Virus record (IMG/VR): IMGVR_UViG_3300036859_001061
Span: 1 to 56,087 of that record
Strand: one strand, 5' to 3'
Length of the DNA: 56,087 nt
From: a virus
Lineage: Duplodnaviria; Caudoviricetes
Part shown: positions 28,740 to 35,720 of the stretch, piece after piece
How positions within the stretch are numbered: the first letter of the stretch is position 1
Layout: each line of letters begins with the position of its first letter
Translations under genes and position numbers: made by a program
Notes under the pieces: generated by a model
The model's input: the letters and a program-made list of their open reading frames with translations, nothing else
Told to the model about the DNA's origin: nothing
The model's database searches: none

Positions 28740-28973
28740 TCAGTGCGCGCGGCGTTTCAGGGCCTGGTCGAGCAGCTGCCGGGCGAGTTTGCCGGGTGTG
28801 ACGCCGCGATGTTGCGCTTCCTGGATCAGCCGATCGTGCAGCTCGGCGTTCATCCGGATCGAGAGTTCGGACGGGTCGACGAGCTCCGGTGGGCGGCCGC
28901 GGCGGGGCTTGCCGGACGCGGGCTCACGACTCGGCCCCTTATGCACCTGGTGTGGAGGCTTGGGGTCCATCAT
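28740..28973 (-). CDS. Ribbon-helix-helix DNA-binding protein
   Basis: RRGRPP then LSIRMNAELHDRLIQEAQHRGVTPGKLARQLL. Confidence 0.7.
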   Translation of the reverse strand: MMDPKPPHQVHKGPSREPASGKPRRGRPPELVDPSELSIRMNAELHDRLIQEAQHRGVTPGKLARQLLDQALKRRAH

Positions 28974-30628
28974 CGGCGCCCCCCTCGGAGCTCCGGCGGC
29001 AACACGAACGCCGGATCCTGCAGCCGCTTGATCGCCTCGACGGCGTCGGGCCCGTGCTTGGCGACGAGCTGCTCGAGCGCGAGATACTCGTCGGCTTTCC
29101 GCTCGCGCGTCTGCTTGCGCGCTTCCGCCGCGGCGGCCTCCGGATCGAGCACGGGCGTCGGGCCATCGGTCGCGCGTATCGTCGCGACGACTTCCCCCTT
29201 ACCCTTCGCGAGCTTGTTGAAGGCGCCCGCCGCGGCGTCGATCTGGTCCATGAACTTGGCGTCCTTTTGGTAGGCGTGCGCCTCCCGCAAGAACCCTTCG
29301 TTCCAGCGCCCCCGCACGAGCTTCACGTTGCCAGCTTCGGCCTGCGCGGAGAGCGGCCCGGCACGCTCGACTTTCTCGCCCGTGACCTTGTCTGCGCGAA
29401 TGGTGTAGCCGGCCAGGTTGCTGATGGTGTTCTCGGCGCTTTCCTTGCCGCCGCTGCCAGGCTCTTGCTCGACCCACACGTTGACCCCGACGCCGTCGAA
29501 CTCGGCGGTCTGCCGGATGACGCGCTCGCGGTTGTGCGCGGACCACTGCCCGGTGATGACGTCTTCGAGGTAGAAGAGGCCGTCGACCTCGGCGATGAGC
29601 ACGCCGGACGTGCGCTTCCCTCCACCCTCGGTGCCGGCCTTGTCCCAGTAGCGCGTGCGCCGGGCGCGCTTGGGCGAGGCGGCGACGATCGAGAACCACG
29701 CGCGGTTGAACACCTTGCCGGCGGTCGCCTTCACGTTCCAGTTGCCCCCGAGCAGCCGCTCGCGCTCGACGTAGGGCAGGGCCAGCAGGTTCGCCCGATA
29801 GCTGGGGTCTTTCTTCTGGAGGATCTTGTTGTCGGCGAGCGTGCCCGGGATGAACGTGAGCGACTTCGGCTGCAGGTCCGGGATGCTGGCGAAGCGGCGG
29901 TGCAACTGCTCGGCGCTGTCGGCCCAATGGAGCTCCTCGTTGAGCCGGACGAACCAGCGTATCTTGCCCGCGCGCGCCGGAATCGGCAGGCCGGTCTCCT
30001 GGTCAATCCACCAGGCAATCAGGCGATTGAGCCAGCCGCCGGTCGGGTCGTCGTCGGGGACCGGGTTGCACGTGGCGAGGATATAGGGCTTCACCCCGCA
30101 GACTGAGCGGTTGCGGGAGAGCATGTACCAGAACTGAATCTCCTCGAACGACTCGAGCTGGTCGAACCCGATACACGCGATCTGCGACCCGTCCCAGCTG
30201 AACCGGTCCTTCGCGTGCTGCATGTGCGCGAGCTTCACGGACATGCCCTGAGGAAACTCCCAGCGCAGATCGGTGAGGTTCGAGTCGGCGCCGAAGAGCG
30301 GGTAGATCTTCTCGCTCTCGTCCCAGATGCCGCCCTCGGATTTGAGCTGGGTCGTCTCGCGGCGGAAGAGGACTGCGCCGAAGCCTGGATTGTCCTTGTG
30401 CTTCAGCGGGTTGATCAGGAGACCGAAGGTCTTCCCCACGCCGGCGGCGCCGCCCGCGATGGTGATGTCGGCGCGGCTGTTGACGAACTGCTCCTGCGGG
30501 CCAGGCTGTGGGGTGATGCCGACGTCCTCGACGTCGAGCGGCGGCGGGTCGGGTTGGAAGGCCTCGAGCAGGCGATCGCACGCCTGGTCCCACGCGGTCG
30601 GCTGGCGGAGGGCTACACTGAGGCTCAC
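28970..30628 (-). CDS. terL: Terminase large subunit
   Basis: PQPGPQ, Walker A GGAAGVGKT, IGFDQL, ATCNP, nuclease RYWDKA, EQEPGSGGK, DQIDA. Confidence 0.95.
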   Translation of the reverse strand: MSLSVALRQPTAWDQACDRLLEAFQPDPPPLDVEDVGITPQPGPQEQFVNSRADITIAGGAAGVGKTFGLLINPLKHKDNPGFGAVLFRRETTQLKSEGGIWDESEKIYPLFGADSNLTDLRWEFPQGMSVKLAHMQHAKDRFSWDGSQIACIGFDQLESFEEIQFWYMLSRNRSVCGVKPYILATCNPVPDDDPTGGWLNRLIAWWIDQETGLPIPARAGKIRWFVRLNEELHWADSAEQLHRRFASIPDLQPKSLTFIPGTLADNKILQKKDPSYRANLLALPYVERERLLGGNWNVKATAGKVFNRAWFSIVAASPKRARRTRYWDKAGTEGGGKRTSGVLIAEVDGLFYLEDVITGQWSAHNRERVIRQTAEFDGVGVNVWVEQEPGSGGKESAENTISNLAGYTIRADKVTGEKVERAGPLSAQAEAGNVKLVRGRWNEGFLREAHAYQKDAKFMDQIDAAAGAFNKLAKGKGEVVATIRATDGPTPVLDPEAAAAEARKQTRERKADEYLALEQLVAKHGPDAVEAIKRLQDPAFVLPPELRGGRR

Positions 30629-30822
30629 GACGTCGGCGGCCCCAACCGCGCACGCGCTTCGGCTTCAAACTGCGCGGTGTCCTTCAACAACCCCGGACAT
30701 GGCGCGCCGGCGCTACACGCGCACACGCTCGGCCACGGGCGATCCGGATGGTTCTCACAGACCCAGCCCTCGTCGCAGCCCGGGCACTGGTGAACGACAT
30801 TCCAGGGGGCGATGTGATTCAC
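30625..30822 (-). CDS. Small Cys-rich protein
   Basis: CPGCDEGWVCENHPDRPW..CAC..PCP; GTGA overlaps. Confidence 0.55.
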   Translation of the reverse strand: MNHIAPWNVVHQCPGCDEGWVCENHPDRPWPSVCACSAGAPCPGLLKDTAQFEAEARARLGPPTS

Positions 30823-31421
30823 GCCTCCGCCTCGTTCGGCTTCAACAGCTTCCGGAGGTCCGCGAAGATGTTGGCCAGCGCGGTCCGGTCCCTGACGTGG
30901 CGCTTGACGCTGTCGCTCACGTAGGCGACGAGCATCATCACCCGGTCGACGCTCACCATCGCGTGCATGTCCTTCATCCGCTTCGACTCCGTGTCCACCA
31001 GCTTCCGGCGCTGCTCGATTAACACGTCGAGCTGTGGCCCCAGGCTGTCGATGGTCGCCTGCGAGCCTTTCTCCTTCGCCTTCCCGAGCCGCGCGAGCAG
31101 TTCCCCAATGCGCGCGTCCGTGAACGCGACCTCCGAGTCGAGCTTGAGCAGGTCCGGGTCCGCGAGCGCCCGCTCGTAGTGCGCGCTGAGGCCCTTGAGC
31201 TCCTTCAGCAGCTTCGAATACCGGCCGTGGCGGAAGTTGTGGTGCGCCGGCCCGATGGCGGCGAATCCGTTGTGCATGCGGCAGCGCCCGTTCGGGCCGA
31301 GGCCTTTCGAGGTTTTGCAGATGCCGCCCCGTTTGTTCCGCCCGCCACACGTCCGGACGGCGGGCAGGACTTCGGCATGGGCTGCCGTTCCATGCATGGG
31401 CTTTCCCACGGCCTTCGTCAC
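30819..31421 (-). CDS. Putative terminase small subunit (HGGxSTG-like N-terminus)
   Basis: CGGRNKRGGIC..GRCRMHNG..NFRHGRYS plus helical C-terminus, upstream of terL. Confidence 0.7.
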   Translation of the reverse strand: MTKAVGKPMHGTAAHAEVLPAVRTCGGRNKRGGICKTSKGLGPNGRCRMHNGFAAIGPAHHNFRHGRYSKLLKELKGLSAHYERALADPDLLKLDSEVAFTDARIGELLARLGKAKEKGSQATIDSLGPQLDVLIEQRRKLVDTESKRMKDMHAMVSVDRVMMLVAYVSDSVKRHVRDRTALANIFADLRKLLKPNEAEA

Positions 31422-31711
31422 GCGTTGATCCCGATGACGCGATTGGCGCTGGGAATGGGCGGCGACTTCGATAGCCGCATCCGCTCGGCGTGCGCCCTGA
31501 AGTCCGCGTCGGGCTTCGTCCACCAGGAGTCACCGCGTTGCGCGGGCGCGGCTAATTGCCGCAGGGCAGGATTGTAGGGGCGGCCGGCCTGGCGCCGGCT
31601 GAAGCCTTCCTCGGCCTCGGTCAGCGGCTCGGGACGATCGACGACGAAGCGGCCGTGTGTGGCTTCGAGGTCGTCGAGCAGCTCGAGATCGCCGGCGGGG
31701 CCCACGCGCAT
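31418..31711 (-). CDS. Hypothetical protein
   Basis: 97-aa coupled ORF. Confidence 0.45.
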   Translation of the reverse strand: MRVGPAGDLELLDDLEATHGRFVVDRPEPLTEAEEGFSRRQAGRPYNPALRQLAAPAQRGDSWWTKPDADFRAHAERMRLSKSPPIPSANRVIGINA

Positions 31712-31712
31712 G

Positions 31713-32234
31713 TCATCGGCCTCCGCCTCGGGCTCGCGCGTCGTGGTCGAGGCGACGTCGGGCGTCGGGCAGAGACTCGCCTCGGCGGGGCCGTGCGTCC
31801 TCCTCCGAGTCGGCGGCCGGCGGCTGCGCCGCCGCGCGCCCTGAGCCCTTCGTCACCGGCAGGCTGTAGCGTCGGCTATTGGTGACCCCCGTCGCCTGCA
31901 CGCGCCCCGCGCGCACCAGCCGTCCGATCGTGTAGCGCAGCTGCTTCTTCGTGATGCCGCAGGCATCGGCCAGAGACCCAGCGCTCAGAGGGATGGCGTT
32001 CGCGGCGAGCTCACGGCAAATGCGATAGTTGAGGTTGTGCCCGACCACGTGGTCGGCGGGAACGCGCTCGGTTGCCGGCATCATCGCCGACGGCTCGCCG
32101 AGCGGTCCCTCTCCTTGGGTGAGCAGGCGGAGCAGTCCGCATTTCGTGTCGTGCGCGCGCTGCATTTCTGTCTGCAGCGCGTCGAGATGCGCATCGAGCT
32201 CGGCCACCGCGGCGCGGATGACGTGCGTGTCCAT
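31713..32234 (-). CDS. Winged-helix DNA-binding protein; contains partial protospacer
   Basis: LSAGSLADACGITKKQLRYTIGRLVRAGRVQATG..RRYSL. Confidence 0.65.
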   Translation of the reverse strand: MDTHVIRAAVAELDAHLDALQTEMQRAHDTKCGLLRLLTQGEGPLGEPSAMMPATERVPADHVVGHNLNYRICRELAANAIPLSAGSLADACGITKKQLRYTIGRLVRAGRVQATGVTNSRRYSLPVTKGSGRAAAQPPAADSEEDARPRRGESLPDARRRLDHDARARGGGR

Positions 32235-32430
32235 TTTGTTGGTCTCGGGAACGGGACTGAGTGTGGAAGTGTGCCGGTGACCTGTAAAGGCTGAGATCTG
32301 TCCATCGGCTCGAACGGCTCGATCGGCTACGTGTGTCTCTTCCTCCGTGCGGTCTCCCGCCCGTGGCGAGATGAGCCTTTCCTTGGCGTTTTTGCGGATC
32401 CGCGTTTCAAGAGGGCGACGACGAGGTCCA

Positions 32431-32664
32431 TCAGTTGGTCCCTGTCCGCAAGGTCGGTATCCGGCTCCACTTGATCCGCTTTAGGAAATCGAGGAAGTCC
32501 TCCTCATGGACCCGGTACGAGGCGCGCTTCCCCGAGCCCGCGACGTTCTCCGCCTTGAGCCGCCCGTCCCGAATCTCCACCCAGACGTAATCGGTGCTCA
32601 CCCCCATGATGTCGGCGCACTCACGCGTCGTCAGCGGCCGACGCGGCGGCGGTGTGTCGCTCAC
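32431..32664 (-). CDS. Excisionase-like HTH protein
   Basis: LTTRECADIMGVSTDYVWVEIRDGRLKA..YRV. Confidence 0.75.
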   Translation of the reverse strand: MSDTPPPRRPLTTRECADIMGVSTDYVWVEIRDGRLKAENVAGSGKRASYRVHEEDFLDFLKRIKWSRIPTLRTGTN

Positions 32665-32888
32665 CCGCGCTCTCCCGCCTCGGCCGCCGCCGAGGCCTGC
32701 GCCGTCCGCACCTCGCGCGCCGCGCGCCGCACCCGCGACCGGACCCGGAGGCGCGCGCCGGCGAGCGCCGCGCACTCCAGCGCCCGCCCGCTGTAGTGGG
32801 CGAGGAGCCGACGCTGGGTCTCGCGCTCGGCGCGCAGCACCGGGGTGAAGTCGATCGTCGGGATGTCGATCATGGGGTGGCCTCGCAT
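32661..32888 (-). CDS. Hypothetical protein
   Basis: Coupled small ORF. Confidence 0.4.
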   Translation of the reverse strand: MRGHPMIDIPTIDFTPVLRAERETQRRLLAHYSGRALECAALAGARLRVRSRVRRAAREVRTAQASAAAEAGERG

Positions 32889-32889
32889 C

Positions 32890-33099
32890 TCAGTTCGGAA
32901 TCACAATCGAGGACGCGTGAGCCAGGAGATGGCGCGCCATCTCGCGGGCCTCGGCGTCGCTCAGCACGATCCAGTCGACGGGCCGCTGGAAGCGGAGCAC
33001 GACGTGGCCGTCGCGGCGGCCGACGGCGAACGCCATGCCGCCGTCGACTTTGCGGGTCGGGGGTTTCAACAGCCAGGCGTCTTTTGGGTCGGTGGGCAT
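32890..33099 (-). CDS. Hypothetical protein
   Basis: AAAGGAG RBS; 69 aa; first gene after the array. Confidence 0.6.
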   Translation of the reverse strand: MPTDPKDAWLLKPPTRKVDGGMAFAVGRRDGHVVLRFQRPVDWIVLSDAEAREMARHLLAHASSIVIPN

Positions 33100-33143
33100 A
33101 CTCAGTCTCCCTTTCTGTCTTCGTCAGCCGGCCCAGATGACAG

Positions 33144-33611
33144 CCCGCAGTGACCGAATCGGCGATCAGGCACTTCGAGGCTGGCAAGCGCTCGGTTGCC
33201 GGCGTCATCGCCGGCCCCGCAGTGATCACGCGTCGAATTGATCACTTCGGGGTCATGGTCGTGTCGCTTGCAATCCACATCGTGTGCCCGCAGTGATCTC
33301 GCGTCGAATTGATCACTTCGGGGCGCGGTAGTAGACGACCCCTTTCGCAACCTTCGTCACCCCGCAGTGATCACGCGTCGAATTGATCACTTCGGGGTCA
33401 TCGCGTAGGACACTTCCGTGTCGAACTGCTGCCCGCAGTGATCACGCGTCGAATTGATCACTTCGGGGCGACGTCGCGGCCCCCCTGCAAACCGCCGCCT
33501 ACGACCCGCAGTGATCACGCGTCGAATTGATCACTTCGGGTTCTTCTCCGCGGAGGACGCGCATTGGAAAAGCTGCCCGCAGTGATCACGCGTCGAATTG
33601 ATCACTTCGGG
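33144..33611 (-). CRISPR. CRISPR array: six 36-bp repeats, one degenerate trailer repeat, six spacers of 35-38 bp
   Basis: Plus-strand repeat CCCGCAGTGATCACGCGTCGAATTGATCACTTCGGG at 33216, 33287 (1 mismatch), 33361, 33432, 33505, 33576; degenerate copy 33144-33180; unique spacers; minus orientation inferred from degenerate end and upstream gene. Confidence 0.95.
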
Positions 33612-33729
33612 GGCGGTGCCCACAAGTGGGCGGATCCCCGACACTTACCCCGCGTCCCGCGAGCGCCTCCGGGACGTACGGTCCCGGCGCCCACCCGCGC
33701 TTGAGCCTGGCGGTGGCTCACAACTCGCA

Positions 33730-34983
33730 TCATGCTGATACCTCTCGACTTCCCTCCACCGCGAGCGATCCCGGCGGATCTGGCGGGATCTGACCGCTCG
33801 CGTACACCCACGCCAACCCGTGATTTTCGCAGGTCGTCTGCAGCCGCATCCGGAGCGCCTGCCAGGGGAACGGCGCACAGAACGTGTCCGTGCTGTCGTC
33901 GTACGTGACGGCCTCCACGCGCTCGCGCTGCGCGAGACGCACGACGTCCGCCGCGATCTGCGCGAGCCAGGTCCTGAGCTGGTCACGGCTGCGATCGGCC
34001 ATGCGCGCGAGCTTGACCCGCATCCCGGCCGCCTCCGAGGCGCGGAAGCGCCGCGAGACGCCCAGGTCCGCCGCCAGTCGCTCGCGGCGGACCGTGTAGC
34101 CACGGATGGCGCGACGGACCTGATCGCCAGAGATCGTCCCCACGATCCCGCGACCAGCGACCCGCAACACCAGCAGATCCGAGGCGCCAGTCTCCACCAC
34201 CAATCGGCAGCCGGGCGTGACGGACGCGGCCGTCTCGCGAGGGAACCACCCCACGAGCTTCAGCATCGGCTTGACGTCCCGATCCCCGCTCCGATGGTCG
34301 CCCGGCCGTCGCGTGACCCGCAGCAGCGCGCCCGCCCCGATCGCCCAGGACGACGTCTGGAGATGCCGCGCACGGGCCCGCTGGCCGTGGCCCACATAGA
34401 CCCGCAGCCGCCACCAGCGATCCCCCAGCCGCACCCGCACCACCGTGATCCCGTCGGCCGTCGTCGGCTCCAGCGCGAGGCCTTGATCATGGAGCGGCGC
34501 CGGCACCGGATACCGATACGTCGCCAGACTGCGCGCCCGCGTCCAGATCAGCTCGTACCGCTGCGCGCGATAGGTCTGCTCGACCTGCCGGATCAGCGAG
34601 GTCACATTGATCGGCGCCAGCGCGGGAAACAGGGCGCGGATCTCTGGGTAGAGATACACCTTCGGCATCGGTCCCAGCTTCCCATCCGTGGGGCCACGCC
34701 GCACGTCGCGCGCGTAGAGCTCCGTCGCGATCCAGTTGGCACACCGCGTCGTCTCCGCCCACGCGTCACGCAGCGCCGCGCCGAACTCCGGCCACGTCGC
34801 ATCCAGCGGGCGGGTGATCGCGAGCGTGACGGCGCGGCGTACATACTGCCGATCGAGACAATCACCGCACGTCGGATCAGGCGTGCGCTTCCACCCGATC
34901 GGGAGCCGCGTCTCGGCCTTCACCGCCTGGGTCCGTCCGCATCCACACAAGACCGTGCGTGCCAGGTCCTCGGCGTTACCCAC
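33730..34983 (-). CDS. Compact TnpB/Cas12-like CRISPR-associated protein, RuvC apparently inactive (about 417 aa)
   Basis: Ends 118 bp from the array; C-half follows TnpB order: RuvC-I-like RLVVETG, basic bridge helix, AADVVRLAQRERVEAVTYDD (RuvC-II-like), FPWQALRMRLQTTCENHGL; no RuvC-III or zinc finger after it; N-terminal CxC..CxxC; GTG start overlaps upstream stop. Confidence 0.7.
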   Translation of the reverse strand: MGNAEDLARTVLCGCGRTQAVKAETRLPIGWKRTPDPTCGDCLDRQYVRRAVTLAITRPLDATWPEFGAALRDAWAETTRCANWIATELYARDVRRGPTDGKLGPMPKVYLYPEIRALFPALAPINVTSLIRQVEQTYRAQRYELIWTRARSLATYRYPVPAPLHDQGLALEPTTADGITVVRVRLGDRWWRLRVYVGHGQRARARHLQTSSWAIGAGALLRVTRRPGDHRSGDRDVKPMLKLVGWFPRETAASVTPGCRLVVETGASDLLVLRVAGRGIVGTISGDQVRRAIRGYTVRRERLAADLGVSRRFRASEAAGMRVKLARMADRSRDQLRTWLAQIAADVVRLAQRERVEAVTYDDSTDTFCAPFPWQALRMRLQTTCENHGLAWVYASGQIPPDPPGSLAVEGSREVSA

Positions 34984-35188
34984 GGCCCCTCGCTTCCCAG
35001 GCCTTGTAGACGCGCTCGTACTCCGGACCTGGCGCCTGCCCGTCGAGCGCATAGACCCGGATGAACGTCCAGAGCGCGATCCGGTGCGGAATGTGCCAGG
35101 CGATGAACATCGGAAACCCCTCATCGCGGAACCACTGCCACCAGGCGCGGGGGCCCCACCCGCGCGTCCATAGCCTCCACATGGTCAC
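34976..35188 (-). CDS. Small Trp-rich hypothetical protein
   Basis: 70 aa, coupled to both neighbours. Confidence 0.55.
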   Translation of the reverse strand: MTMWRLWTRGWGPRAWWQWFRDEGFPMFIAWHIPHRIALWTFIRVYALDGQAPGPEYERVYKAWEARGRG

Positions 35189-35484
35189 TCCCCCTTTTTT
35201 AAAGACTCGCCGCTCGGTCTGGTCAACACCCCCGCCGCGCCGCGCTTGAAGTCCTCAGCCGCCGGGCAGCTTTTCCAATGCGCGTCCTCCGCGGAGAAGA
35301 ATGCGATAACCCGGTTCGTCTCGGGGTCCAGCGCCGACTTCCGCGGCACGGCACCGGCGTTCATCGGCATCTTCTTCCCGCGCCGGGTCTCGTACCAGTC
35401 GATCGCCGCCCCGCACCCCCGGCAGCGGCCGCCGACCGAGCGCGAGTCCTCGTAGAGTCGAATGAGCGTCCCGTCCCAACTCAC
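35185..35484 (-). CDS. Small zinc-binding phage protein; contains perfect protospacer
   Basis: CRGCGAAIDW..GKKMPMN..HWKSCP. Confidence 0.7.
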   Translation of the reverse strand: MSWDGTLIRLYEDSRSVGGRCRGCGAAIDWYETRRGKKMPMNAGAVPRKSALDPETNRVIAFFSAEDAHWKSCPAAEDFKRGAAGVLTRPSGESLKKGE

Positions 35485-35720
35485 GATTGCCCTCCTGGTG
35501 TCTCGTCGCGCCGCAGGTACTGGTAGACCGTCGCCGGCGCCGCGAGGAGCCCCAGCTTGCCGCCGAGCATTCGCCCGATCGCGCGTTTGCCGAGCAGGGC
35601 CTGCGAGACGAGCGCCGCGCTGCAGCCCACTTGCCGCGCGAAGGCCTCCGCGGACCCGGCGGCGTCGATCGCCCGCACGAGCAGCTCGCGGGCGTCGGCC
35701 TCCGTGAGCCAGGTGGTCAT
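35481..35720 (-). CDS. Cro-like HTH protein
   Basis: AGSAEAFARQVGCSAALVSQALLGKR. Confidence 0.7.
   Translation of the reverse strand: MTTWLTEADARELLVRAIDAAGSAEAFARQVGCSAALVSQALLGKRAIGRMLGGKLGLLAAPATVYQYLRRDETPGGQS

Noticed and set aside
32870-33350. ORFs 32870-33229, 33035-33241 and 33102-33350 across the array
   Set aside because: Translations of repeats and spacers; the similarity of PAMTPATERLP to gene 31713-32234 reflects the spacer match
33730-34983. IS200/IS605 transposon TnpB
   Set aside because: No tnpA or IS ends seen, catalytic motifs degenerate, gene is coupled into the phage operon and followed by a multi-spacer array
34984-35124. 47-aa N-terminal extension of the effector in the ORF track
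   Set aside because: Overlaps gene 34976-35188 and is low-complexity; the GTG at 34983 overlapping the upstream stop is the more plausible start
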